A program made the translations under genes and the position numbers. Below the pieces are notes generated by a model, which saw nothing but the letters and a program-made list of their open reading frames with translations, did no database searches and had not been told where the DNA came from. This document shows, piece after piece, positions 49,910 to 63,300 of a DNA stretch of 64,000 nt (its first letter is position 1; each line of letters starts with the position of its first letter). This stretch comes from Thalia democratica (lineage: Eukaryota), in the NCBI GenBank assembly GCA_965202585.1, contig OZ241829.1:15190001-15254000 (forward strand). The letters are read 5' to 3'.

Positions 49910-51962
49910 TTATTATTGAAGTTTGTTGGCTATACCGTGCTGTTTTTTATTAAAGAATATTCTTCTACGTTTCTTGATTTATTGCTTGGCTTTGTCTTCA
50001 AAGTTTGGTTCATTTTCTTGTCTTTCTTTTTTGATTTCAGTTTTATATTCATAAAACTTTTTTTTTCTAACGAGATCATTAAAGTTTCCCATATTTTATT
50101 TTTTATTTTTAAAGCAATTTTTTAAATGATAAGTATATAGTGTATAGAAAAATCTACCTGGTTTTGTTTTACTTCGATCATAGTTATGTGACATTTCCAG
50201 GGTAACAAAGTAAACGTTGTCATTTCGATCTAAAAGCTTAACAATTTGATCTGGAGAGAAAATTTTACACTGATTTTAAACTCAACAGAAATTAAATGTT
50301 TAAAAACAGATTAGGTTCTCCATCGTAATTACATTAGTATCAAAAACTTATGTGTACAACTCTGTTTATTACAGCTATATTTTAAACATTAGTATGCTGT
50401 TTACTTGATTAAAATAGACAAAGTGTTTTATTCAACACTTTTTATCACTCTGGTACAGTTGTAGCAAATTTTCTTTATTTACAGTGTTAAACACTTACTA
50501 TAAAACTTCATCTGTATTTTAAAAACTATATTTTAAAGCGTTAAATAATATTAAGAGCCAAGTTAAACCTTTCTCCTTAGCAGTCGTTTGCCTCTATATT
50601 TAATTTGATGTTATATATGCATCGGTGAGTTTACTCGCTTTAAAGAGAATTTTGTTTTAGATAAAATTACTAATCAGTAACATTCACATGTTTTTGTTCT
50701 TGTGCACTTCAAAGTCAGTTTTAAACAGTTGTTTAAAAATTTGAAGTGTGAATTTCGTTTTTTATAGAAAAACCAGTTTTATGTGGATCTATTATAAATC
50801 TGTACAAAATCAAGAGAGTCATTATCAGTCTCTACAGATTTTTTCAATAACTCTATTTGGTTAGCTTTTACAACACAATCTTCTATATTGATCAACTTTC
50901 TGGAAGATCATGTCGTTCAAAATTAGTCCAGGAAAGGTTTTATATTTTGTTATGTTTGACATTTAAAATACAATAACCACTTTAAGCATTGTCAAAAGTT
51001 GATTTTGTAAAAACCTACTTGTTGACAAACAAAATGGTTAACTTACATCTTCTACACCTTTTCAAATTTATTATTTTTGACAAACTCTTCTTAATATGTG
51101 CTAGGGTTCGCAAACATTGTCAACCAATTCGAATGAGAGTAAAGTTTTAAAGATCCGCTGCAAAAATAGTTTTTTTAAATTTACTGAAGAGGTCTTGAAA
51201 AACAGAAAATGCGAGATCTTAAAATTTAGCAAACTTACAATGTACATGAGCATAGAAATCATCGAAAATGTACACCACTTTGGTGGCATCTTTGCATGCT
51301 TCTGTGATCTTCTCTTCTAGCCAGAATACTTCTTTTCTGATGGGTTTTTTCCGGTTTCATTTGTCTACACTCAGGGCTACAATTTGGTGGTGTTAGTCCC
51401 ATGGAAATAAATTATGTATAAAATTTTCATTTTTAGTCTTAATGTTTATTTGTGGCATCAAACTAACCTGATTGTGGCAACAATGGCAACAGATTAACGT
51501 AGTAGAGACATTTTTTCGTTATTGTCTCAAGCATTTTTTGGTCGACCTCATGCTTTAAGGCTCTTTTTATACGCTTTTTATTTATGATTTTTGCATAAAA
51601 CACAATCACCTAAAAATGGTCAAGAATAAGCATATCTCATACAAGCTCTTATTAAGTTTACAGTTTAAGAAATACCTGAGTATATTCATTTACAGGGAGA
51701 TATGCGAATTGCAGCAGGTCTCTAACAAGAGTTCTTATTTGTTTCAGCAGTGTTTTTGGCGGGCAGCAGACTTTCGTTTTGCAAACGGCTCAAACTGCAA
51801 GTCCGAATGCAGAAGACATTTGCATAGGCGTGACATTTGAGTGGTTTTTTTGTATTTTTGTAATTTACCTGTTTTTCAATACTGCAATCTTTATAGTAGA
51901 ATGTGACTCATGTTTGATATTGTTTTTGAAGTTAAATAAATTGTTGAAGCTAGTAAAACACA

Positions 51963-52739
51963 TTAACACTTTTTTATCAAATCAAGACCCTCACTCCCGT
52001 CCTCCTTTGCATCGATTAAACTAGCGGCCTCCTCGTTGGACAATTTGATGTGATAACGCTTAACAGAGAAACTATCAATCATGGTTTCCACTTTTTTAAC
52101 TCTGGCAAAATACGCTCTGATTATCGCGGCACCAAGTGCATCTACCTGCTCTTTTTTATGATGATGATTCAGTCTAGGAATAGGAAGATTCTCGTTAATG
52201 TAGATTCTTGTTTCCTCGGAACTTTTTCTTTCTCTCAACATTCTATCTAACTTGAAGGCTGCCTCACTCAAAACTGTTGCGATTAATCGAAGAACCGAAG
52301 AAGTTCCTAGTCCATACTTACCCAGTTTTTCAATACGGTCCTTCTTTTGAATCTCTACCATTCCATTTCTCCATACAAACTTGCAATTTAACGTAGTAGC
52401 ATCTCTCGCAAAGTCTTTTGCATCTTGAATGCTCAATGCATATCCAATAACATTACCATAAACAGGGGGTTTAATCACGGCTACCGTCGCTCTTCCTACC
52501 GTTTGTAACTTGCCTATTTCGGCGTCTTCAAAGAACTTTCCAATTACCTTAACAAAATCAGTATCTTTTTTTGCTTTTTCAATACCAAGAAAATACTTAC
52601 ATCCCATCAATAAGTCCTCGTTTCCGCTCATAAAGATTTTAGAGTCATCAAAACCGTTTATCACGGCCTTAGCAGTTTTAAGCAACGGCAAACTATCTAT
52701 TCTTTTATCGCTTTTAAACTTTGAGAAAAAATAAGTCAA
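51963..52739 (-). CDS. Orphan ORF, 258 aa from TTG; frame stays open ~45 codons further upstream to ~52874 (candidate virus-derived)
   Basis: ORF track plus manual upstream translation (GRRLSADQLFYGGKISSVSFFTGFNAEVGDLELEEAWKVEDNINKL). Intronless, GC above background, no in-frame ATG at the 5' end. Confidence 0.6.
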   Translation of the reverse strand: MTYFFSKFKSDKRIDSLPLLKTAKAVINGFDDSKIFMSGNEDLLMGCKYFLGIEKAKKDTDFVKVIGKFFEDAEIGKLQTVGRATVAVIKPPVYGNVIGYALSIQDAKDFARDATTLNCKFVWRNGMVEIQKKDRIEKLGKYGLGTSSVLRLIATVLSEAAFKLDRMLRERKSSEETRIYINENLPIPRLNHHHKKEQVDALGAAIIRAYFARVKKVETMIDSFSVKRYHIKLSNEEAASLIDAKEDGSEGLDLIKKC

Positions 52740-55259
52740 TTTATTAATGTTATCTTCAACCTTCCACGCCTCTTCTAATTCTAGATCGCCGACTTCTGCG
52801 TTAAATCCGGTAAAGAAACTAACACTGGAAATCTTACCACCATAAAAAAGCTGATCCGCTGACAGTCGACGACCTCACTTTTTGTCTGAATCATTCTAAT
52901 GATATTAAACATAGTTGGATCATTAGTATTATTCTCCATAATCAAATTTAAACAAAATGTTCTGGCAATTAATCACCGTTCTTTTTGTCTTCTTTGATCA
53001 AATTTAAATAAATTATTCTAACAATCAATTTATTATCTTTAACTCTTTAGTCAAATTCAAATGCGAAGCTATCTAACAATTATTTTATTTGGCTCCAATG
53101 AATACTTTTTTAAATCCCAATTTATACTAGTTTTCATAAAACGAACAGTTCTAAGCAACAAACCAGGCTAGCTACAAAGTTGCTAGGCAGCAGTTTGTTT
53201 TAAGATCACAGTCACCGATTGACGACTGCATTATTTCATATATTATGCAGCCCATTTCCCTTCTGATGTCCCACGAGTTTATGTACTTAGCCGTGCACAG
53301 CGACCAACTCGAAAATTTACAACTGCTGTTATTTTCTCCCATTGAAAGTATTCTAGTCAATTTGTTCGAGGTATGAAGCTGTAGCAAATATCCAGGGACA
53401 CAGCGTCCTTTAACCACATAAATGCCTCCTAACTTTCGTCGGTTGTAGCAAAATAACTTGTTCTATACTCAAAATTTTCAGCTTTCATCTCTGCTAATCT
53501 AAATTTAAGTTCAGTTGGATGTTTAATATTTTGATAGTTAATAAGACAGATAAAACTATCAATTTAGTATCTACACTAAATGAATTGATAATTTCTAGCA
53601 CTTCGAGAACTAATGCCCGGATAAATGCTTGTAAATACATTACTTATGTTGTCATAAGTTTTTTTTCTTAATAATGGCATATACTTCCATGTTTATTTTT
53701 ATTAAATTTAAATAATTCTACACTTTCTAACATTTTCTAACCCCTAGCACCACCAGCTGCTACTATGGCATCATTATAAACGGTTTAAGTCTTTCTGGGT
53801 TCTATTAGACACCTGGTACCTTTCTCGTGATAATTTGTTCAAGAATTACATCTATCTGTTTTAGTCTTGTTTAAGTTTAACAACACATGTCCATATTCGT
53901 AATCCTTACTTGGAGTTAAGTTGTTAAAGCAAAGAAGGTGTAAATTTTGATAACATTTTCCGCAGCCTTTCTAAAATATTTATTTTTTATGATGATTTAT
54001 TATTATGTAAATTAAATGAATATTGTTTTTCTATATAGACCATTTGATGCTTTCTGTACATTAAACTGACTTAGTTACATCATACTCATCTAAACCACAC
54101 GAAAAACAAAATTTTGGTGCTGGAAACTTTTAAGTTACTAGAAAAATTTTTTTAAATCCTTTTTTTTTTGGTTACCGTGCAGATATGTTATAACACATGT
54201 TGCAGTTCTTCACAATTTTCAGACATAAGCATCCTACAGCGACTGGGCGACATTTGACAAAAAAAGATGCTGCGATAATATTTAGATTATTATTAAACTC
54301 GATTTTAGTTTAAATTATTGATTGTCTAGTTCAAACGCTCTCTTGAAATCGTCTTCTGTATTCCAAAGTTTTTTTGATGCAAAAACAATTCAACATGGTT
54401 GTCGTTGCTGTTTTTATTAATTAAGTTATTTCTCCACCATTTTTTGATGAAGTGCATAACCTGCACTTTGCATGTGTGGATTACGCACATTATTACGTTA
54501 AACCGTTCTTTTTGTTCTCTAAATACAAAATATTTCCAATACTGCAAAAGCTATTCCAATACTGATCTATTTAGAACCGATCTAAAAATTATCCTTTGCC
54601 TTCATAAATTTATTAATTCATTTTAAGATACACTTTGATGCTTGTATCTTTTAAATAAGGTGCTGATCCGTTCAAAATAGGAACAACCACACTCCACACG
54701 TTTAATTTAGCTAACTATAACATTTGGTAATATAAGGGAATTGCTTTTTTTAGAAACAATATGATAAAGTTACTTACAAAGAAAATAAGTGCTAAAACTT
54801 TAATATACTTAACGCTTTTTATGTCCCTTTTAATTAAGTTGAGCTATGGCCTGTAGTTGTATTGTTCAACTTTCTGGGAGATATGTTGCTCACAACTATT
54901 CCCGAATAGTTTTAGATTTTTGTATCTTTGCTGATGGAATTTCTTTTATTTTAGTAAAACTTGCGTTTAAAACTTCTAAACTCTGGGATAAAACTAAAAC
55001 AAATTCAACTGTTATCATCCACACGTAGGACTTGGTAAGTCTAAGAGAATGTTGGTTTACAGTTGTATTAGCGCAATGATGTCGTTCATTATGACGTAGT
55101 CGATGCTATCGTTTACATCCAGCAATTCAGCTATTTTTTCTGTATGTCAGGATATTTAAAAAAAAAAGTTTAAGAAAAATATAAGGCATTTAGTATTTAT
55201 TTACCTTTATTTTTTTTTTTGTCAATGTTATTAATGATGGAACCTAAATTTTCCATCAT

Positions 55260-56382
55260 GGTTAAGATTTTTACCTTTCGAAGACTATTTCCGTCTTTTA
55301 CATAAGAACCGTCAACTTTTACACCGTACTTTACACGCTTTTGCAGTTGTACACTTAAATATCATCCGGAAGTTGTTTTGATTGAAACAAAAATAGCTAC
55401 ATGTTGTAAGAGTGTATTCTTGACAGCAAAACCAACACCATATTCTTTACGTTCTTCAACAGACTTACCAAACCAGAAGAAAGTAAAATTTTTTTCTTTA
55501 ATTCAGCCTTGACCAGCAAGGCGCGTTTCTTGAAAAGCTGCAATATCAACTTTAAGACGAAGAAGTTTGTTATTTATAATAGCAGTTTTTCTTGCATCAT
55601 TTATGTTTTCGGGGTCCATACCAGTAGTCATGGTACGAACGTTCCAGCTTCCCAGTTTAAGAGTGGGTCTCTTTTTACGTTTATGTTTGTCAGGTGACAT
55701 AGTTTCAGTTTACTTTTCACTTAAAGCTATCCCCATTCACCCAATGAGGAAGGTAAACTGTGGCGGAACAACACCTTATTGGCTGAGGGCTGCTCAGCTT
55801 AAGGCAGGCGGTGGTTGTTCAGTGGAACTAAAAAATTCCTCCTACCGACGAATACGACCCCTGGCGCCCATCCTTTCGCCAAACAGGATTAGGCTTATCA
55901 CCGGTAACTGCCGTATTCCGTGTTGTGTCTTCGCGAAAAACCTGCGAAGCTGGAGTAAACCTCTCCAAGCACAAAGCCAGGGCATAACATTGAGATTCCA
56001 GCTGTTGCCCATGCAGCAGGATCTCACTCTCCACAGTGAGAAGAGCTCAGCGAAACAGCAAAGCTGATACAGCCAAGATTCATCATTGTCGCAGGAGCTG
56101 CCGGAATGACATTGAATACAAAGTCAGACCGCCTACGTGGCTCCGACTACGGCTTTTTGATCAGAGTTTTGCATCTCCTAGAGGAATAGAAGTACAGTTC
56201 TTCGGAGTTTCCTTTACTCCCGTGTTTAAGACTTTACCATTTCTGATTTTATTTCTGATTACTCCCGAAGCCTTTGCTTAGCCAAAAGCAACCACAAGGC
56301 AGTGGTGGTCGGCAAAGGTTTTACAGAGCTGATGCTAAATCAGCTCCAACCCCAAGGTGAGATCATGAAAGTTCTTCAGGGA
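55260..56382 (-). mobile_element. 5' part of an RTE-clade LINE (5' UTR plus start of the APE endonuclease), 3' truncated
   Basis: LKLGSWNVRTM...DARKTAIIN..L.RLKVDIAAFQETRL, then KEKNFTFFWFGK...ERKEYGVGFAVKNTLL. The UTR contains ggagagtgagatcctgctgcatgggcaacagc. Confidence 0.85.
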
Positions 56383-56445
56383 TCTTCTGTGTCATCTTTG
56401 TGATCTTCTGTGTCATCTTTGTGATCTTCTGTGTCATCTTTGTGA

Positions 56446-57370
56446 TCATCTTTTGAAAACCGTAATTTTGTTTCCTTTTACCATTCCAATAGAATCGGGA
56501 GAGTCTTCGTCTAATATTTCCTTATCATTCAATAGAAAACGAACACTATTTCTTTCAACATCTTTTGTGTTGCAGTAGTTCTCAAATAAGCTTTTAAATT
56601 GAGCGTGTTTAAATACTTCATAGCATAATCGTCCATTGTCTAATTCTAATTTCTCACACCTTCATCAACAACTTCATTAAAAATATCAGATGTTTTACAA
56701 GGTGCATCAGAAGTAGACGATTGTGAAAAGTGATTATCACTTTTGTAAGTAATAAGATAATCAAATTCGTCATCTTCAACAAGAGTATCGTTACAAATGA
56801 GTTCAGAACGATTGTGTTCTTCATCATACAGCCTTTTTATAACTTCAAACTCGTCTCCATTTTTCATCCCAAAAGATCTCGGGGTGTCATGCTCAAAGAA
56901 TTCTGTTTCGTTGATAACAAAAGCAAATTTCTCTCGTTCAAGTCCTTTAGCCTCACGATAGTCCTGTATTAATCTTCTTAACTTAGTGTCGACATTAATT
57001 TTGTAACTATGCGATCCGTCATCAAGAATAGTTTTGCTTAGTCCCTCATCAACGTAAGTGTGGAAAATATCATCAGTATTATCGAGTTTATTCGAAGTAG
57101 TTGTTGAAGGCTGTGAGTCAGTTTCTGTATTATCAAGTTTATCCGAACGACTTGCTGAAGGTTGTGAGTCAGTTTCATCGACATTACTTGATGCAGCTTC
57201 TATTTCCATGTTTTCTTTCTTCTTTGAATTTTTTCTCCAAACATCTAGACCATTCATTTTTTCCATTCTTCAAAGAATGATCTCGGTCGAGCAGTGAAGT
57301 GCTTTTTTTTCCGACGATACGGATTTAAAAATTCAAATGCCTCAAGTTCTTCAAGAAATTTAAAATTCAT
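56446..57370 (-). pseudogene. Tandem SUMO-like-domain protein, copy B
   Basis: Paralog of 6852-7777. It has 1-nt deletions at ~57257-57262 (T6 vs T7) and ~56650 (T3 vs T4), but is intact where copy A is broken (PRSFGMKNGDEFEV). Confidence 0.75.
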
Positions 57371-60300
57371 ATCTATGCTAATTAACTCATAAGTTTTCTT
57401 AATCAAATAGAATCAAACAACAAAACCATAAAGTTTACTATTATTAATAATCATAAAACCATATTATACTTTTAGTCTTAAAATGCAAATTTTTAATGAT
57501 GAATATATTATTGTTGGAAAACTTTACCTAGTTTCGTAAAACTTTGATCATATTTTTATGACATTTTCAAGGTAACAAAGTCAACGTTGTCATTTTGATC
57601 TAAAAGCTTAAAAATTTGATCTTGAATGAAAATTTTATACTGATTGTAAACTTAACATAAGTTAATATGTAAGAAAACAGACTATGTACTACATCGTAAT
57701 TATATTAGTACCAAAAACTTTCGTTTAAAAGTATCTGGTGTTTAAAACTATATTTTAAAGCCTTAAATATTATTAGGATTTGAAAAAAAGTTTTAACCTC
57801 TCTCTTAAGTAGTAAGTTCGCCTCTATCCTTCGTTTATCTTTTATATGCATTGGTGAATTCACTCGCTTTAGTTAAAATTTAGTTATAAATACAGTTACT
57901 AACCAGCAACATTCACATGTTTTGTTTTTGTGCACTTCAAAGTTAGTTTTAAACAGTTGTTTGAGAGATTGAAATATGAATTTTGTATTTTATAGAAGAA
58001 ACAGTTTTATATGTATCTCTTGTGACCCATGTACTGTTTTATGTTGTATTATATTCAGCCCGATTTTTAAGCTGATAAAATCAGTATTAGCTATATACTA
58101 CAATATGTTTCGCAGTTTAGTATAAAAATGAAATAAACAAGCATAAAGTGCGAAGACAACAAAATTCTTTTTTTTTTATAATACCGAATGTAAAATAACT
58201 TTTTCATATCCAACTTCCGTCATTTTTGTGAATATTTTTATACTAAGTTATCTTCGTTAACTATTTATTATTCAAGTTTCTTCATCAATATATTTAGTAA
58301 CACTTGTATCCTCGTCAAAATTTCAGCAAGCATCGACTTGAAGATTATCATTCATGTTCTTGGAGCCATGTTCTTGCTTGTGATTTTTTTATAAGCTTTT
58401 TAATCAACAGATACGTCTTAAGTTTGAAGTTTGGTTATAACGTTTGGTAATTTATCTCTTTTAGCAGTCTTACTTTTTTATTCAACTTTATTTTATAACA
58501 AGTTGCAGTTCAGTCACTGTACTTTGATGTGGAGACTTTTTCATCAATTGATCAACTAGCCTTATTTAAGTTTTTTGTAAGCCTGTTGCTTAAACCTACA
58601 CTCCCTTACTTATCTGTATCATATGTAAGGAAGTATTAGTCAAAGCATGTGCTGTTTTTTATATAATGATAAAATGAATTTTATATCTTAGGTTTCCCAT
58701 TTGTTGATTTAATTATTTTATACTTGACAACTGCTTTTTTTAAAATTTATTTCTTAATTTACTGGAAACAAACTTAACTACAACTAGAACACAAGTATCC
58801 CTGTAGTATTTCCCTCTTTTTTCTTATTTTTAAATCTTTAAACACACATTATTCCATTATTGTTAATTTATAGATTTATTTTTTTATTATACTCAAAGCT
58901 TCTTAAGTAGTTTTCTCACCATCATTATTTTCCATTCATTATTTTCGTATAGCGATGCTCGACGTTTCAATACAATGTCCAACCATCAACCTGTGGCAAC
59001 TCTCAAACTTCGAAACAGCTTCCTTTATTTTAAATCCTTGTCTTGTAGCTCTTGCTGTCTTAAAGCTTTTTCTTTTCAAAATGTAATTACAATCTGAAAA
59101 CACAAAACACAATAACTTTCACCAGACAGTACAGAACAGGTTATCTTTCTTCTTTCCAGTTTTAATTACAGCTAGTGGAACATTGGTGGAATCCATCAAC
59201 GAACAGACAATTAGTTTCCTTATTTGAGTTTGGTAAGGCGTTGATTTTAACGATTAAATATGGTGAAATTAATTAAACCATAAGTTTGCTAATCTTAATA
59301 TCATTAGAGCGTTGAGCAAAACATTTCCCATTTGGTATTGTCACTTCTTTTTTGTATAATTCATAACTGAAAAATCACGCTCAATCCTGGCGTTGCTGAA
59401 AGGGATTGTTTTCATTTTTAGCATCAACTCACACAATTCCTTGTATTTTTTTAAACCATCTTTCCAGAATTTTACGGTTGTAAAACATCCTATTAAGACA
59501 TAGCATTTATTTTTGACAAATTGTTTCTATAAAACAGTTTTAAAAGTAATTAATCTAAACTAGTAAAATAAGTTTAAATGCTGATATTAAATTCATAACA
59601 AATTTAAAGTATCAGGGTAACTTTAATTTATGGTTTAACAACTTAATCTTGTTATCGTTGCTTTAAAAGTAGTAAGCAAGCATTTAGAAATATATATTAT
59701 TTATATGAAGAACAAAAATTAACTAATTTGTTTGGCTAACAACACGTATTTGATTATTTTTTTAGATATAAACACAATTTTTTTTGATCTGACAAGTTGT
59801 ACATAACTTTGACATTTTTATGTTTAAGAAATTTGTTAATATCCGTTGACTCAAGGCCTGTAATGAAACATATTATGTTTTGGAAAACCATTTTTTTTGT
59901 TTTCGTTGAAAAAAGCTTAAGAAATAAGCAACTAGCTTGATCAACAACTTTGTTTGATGCTATAAAATCTAGATTTTGTTGCATCCTCTTACCAATTTCA
60001 GTTAAAGGTTGTATTATGTAACTCCTATACAGTTGTATGGCCCAATTTGGGACATCAAAGTTTTCAGTGCTTTTAGTTTTTTTTCCACATAGTTTTACCA
60101 TAGAACATAACTGATTTGCATGTATGCATACTTGTATCTATCTTAAATTCTGTGAATTTTGAATAAGAATAACAGAAGTTGATTATAGTAGATGTTTTCT
60201 TTTTGTGGTTGGATTAAAGTTTTTGATGTCAAAGTACACAAAACCTTCGTCGCTTTTGTTGCTGATTTTAATTTGCTGATAACGGTTGGTAATTTCTGAA

Positions 60301-63300
60301 TGTTAGCAGTCTTACTTTTTTTTCAACTTTTCTTTATAACGAGCTGCAGTTTAGTCTATTTACTTCATTTACGTGAAGACTTTTTTATCAACCGAATAGC
60401 TATTCTCAATTACGTTTTTTGTAAGCCTGTTGCTTGAACCTGCATTCCCTTACTAGTCTGTATCATATGTAAGGAAGTACTAGTCAAATCATTTGCTGTT
60501 TTTTATATAATGATAATATGATGTATATTTTCTTAGGTTTTCCATTTGTGGATTTAAATTCTATACTTGATGACTGCGTTTGTTTTTTAAGATTTATTAT
60601 CAATTGATATAATTTATTATTATCAATTGATATAACACGATCTAAAATATAAAACACATTGAATTTTATTGACAAATTTAATGAAAGACAATAATATGAT
60701 GCAATAAAAACTTGTAGATATTTTTTATTAAACCGAGTTGTATGTAGTCAAAATAAAAAATAATAATCTTCATGAAAATAATCTTCGTCAACATTTTTTT
60801 AAATAACCGCAACGTCCACAAAACAACTTTGAATTCTCTAAAGATTTGAATGGAGAATCATTCTAAGGAAGGCAATTAAAATGGAACCACTTTTTACAAT
60901 CCACATCCCAACTAAAAAATAAAGGTTGAGTAGTTGATCATTAAGAACGTTAGTTAAAAACAACTATTGATGTTCTATATTTTAGTTCGGACAGACAGCT
61001 ATACAAAATTAAGAAAAGCTTACTAACCTACTTTACCTTTTGTTCTTCTTTTTTTTACCCCACGCAGGGTCATCTTTTTTACATTTGTAGCATAAAAGTT
61101 TATTTACGACTGAAATTAGAAATTACGTAGAACTTGATCAATATGTAATGTTTAACAATGTAATACTTTCTCAAAAGTTTTATTTATTTCGCTTAGTAGT
61201 AGTTTAAATTCCATTCGTTAACCTCCGTGCTTTATTAGGCTTGTTGCAATTTCTAAGCGTTTTGAATTAAGGTGTTCGCAGTTAGTCTCGACACGTATGT
61301 TTGTTAAAGACAGGGAAAAGCAAGATATGTTCTGCAGCCTAAACAAACTAATAAAAGTTCATTCTCATCTGTATTATTTTTTCTTTTTACCCAGACTTCT
61401 TTATTGTGCAATACTGATTTATATGCATTTAAGATTATTTTTATTTCCTGCTCGCTTGTTTTTTTTACTTTCGTTTGCGAAAGCTAAAGCATTTTTTAGT
61501 AATTTTTCTGATATTGATGGGTAAAATTCTACAATGTCATACTTCATGTACTTGTACTTAGTATTTACTTAGTGTTTTGTACCTATTAAGAACTTGAGAA
61601 CTTCGCCATTGGAGATATTTAATTTATTTTCTTAAAATAGTATTGATTCTTTAACTATACATTTGCTAATTTGATCTATATCTTATGTTATTTGCTAATA
61701 CAATTATAATATATTGAAAAAAAAAATTTTAACCTCTTTCTTAAGCAGTAAGTTCGCCTCTATCCTTCAACTGATCTTTTATATGCATCGGTGAATTCAC
61801 TCGCTTTAGTTAAAATTTAGTTATAAATACAGTTACTAACCAGCAACATTCACATGTTTTGTTTTTGTGCACTTCAAAGTTAGTTTTAAACAGTTGTTTG
61901 AGAGATTGAAATATGAATTTTGTATTTTATAGAAGAAACAGTTTTATATGTATCTCTTGTGACCCATGTACTGTTTTATGTTGTATTATATTCAGCCCGA
62001 TTTTTAAGCTGATAAAATCAGTATTAGCTATATACTACAATATGTTTCGCAGTTTAGTATAAAAATGAAATAAACAAGCATTAAGTGCGAAGACAACAAA
62101 ATTCTTTTTTTATAATACCGAATGTAAAATAACTTTTTCATATCCAACTTCCGTCATTTTTTGAATATTTTTATACTAAGTTATCTTCGTTAACTATTTT
62201 TTATTCAAGTTTCTTCATCAATACTTTTGGTAACACTAGTATCCTCGTCAAAATTTCAGCAAGCATCGACTTGAAGATAATCATTTATGTTCTTGGAGCC
62301 ATGTTCTTGGTTGTGATATTTTTATAAGCTTTTTAATCAACAGATACGTCTCAAGTTTGAAGTTTTCTTATAACGATTGGTGATTTTTCCATTTTAGCAG
62401 TCTTGCTTTTTTATTTTACTTTTATTACAAGTTGCAGTTCAGTCACTGTACTTTGATGTTGATACTTTTTTATCAGTTGATTAAATAGCCTTATCTACGT
62501 TTTTTGTAAGCCTGTTGCTTAAACCTGCATTCTCTTACTTATCTGTATCATATGTAAGGAAGTATTAGTCAAAGCATGTGCTGTTTCTTAATATAATGAT
62601 AATATGATGTATATTTTCTTAGGTTTTCGATTTGTGGATTTAAATTTTATACTTGACAACTGTTTTTTATTTAACTGGAAATAAACTTAATTACAACTAG
62701 GACACAAGTATCCCTGTAGTATTTGCCTTTTTTTCTTATTTTTCTATCTTTAAACACACATATTTCCATCATTCTTAGTTTTTAAATGTAGTTTTTTAGT
62801 ATACTCAAAGCTTCTTAAGGAGTCTTCTCACCATCATTATCATCCACCCTACTTAAAACTATGTTGTTTTCTTTCTGAGGTCTTTCAATAAAATCAAGGT
62901 GTAAAATATTCTTTATTGACTTGAATTAATATCTTTTTTATTCAAGTAAAGTAATTCTCATTTTAACTATAAAATTTTACACTAGTAATTTTTCAAATTT
63001 ACTGTTCATAAATCGACCTGACTTATCCACTGAGCTCTTAAGCTTTTGGGATTTAATCAAGGACAAATACACATTCTGTAACTTTATAAGCTCTTTAAGA
63101 TAAGGTGATAACTTTTCTACTGCATCATTCAAGTTACAAAACTGTAAAACCCTTTTATTTATTAAGTTTATTCATAGGCTGAGTTTGTATTTAAAACTGA
63201 TAAAGTTATTTATTTTAGCAAAAATCAATATTTTTTTATCTTGTAAAGTTTTTTTTTAGCATTTAACCGTACAGAAAATGTTCTAGAAAAATAAATTGTG

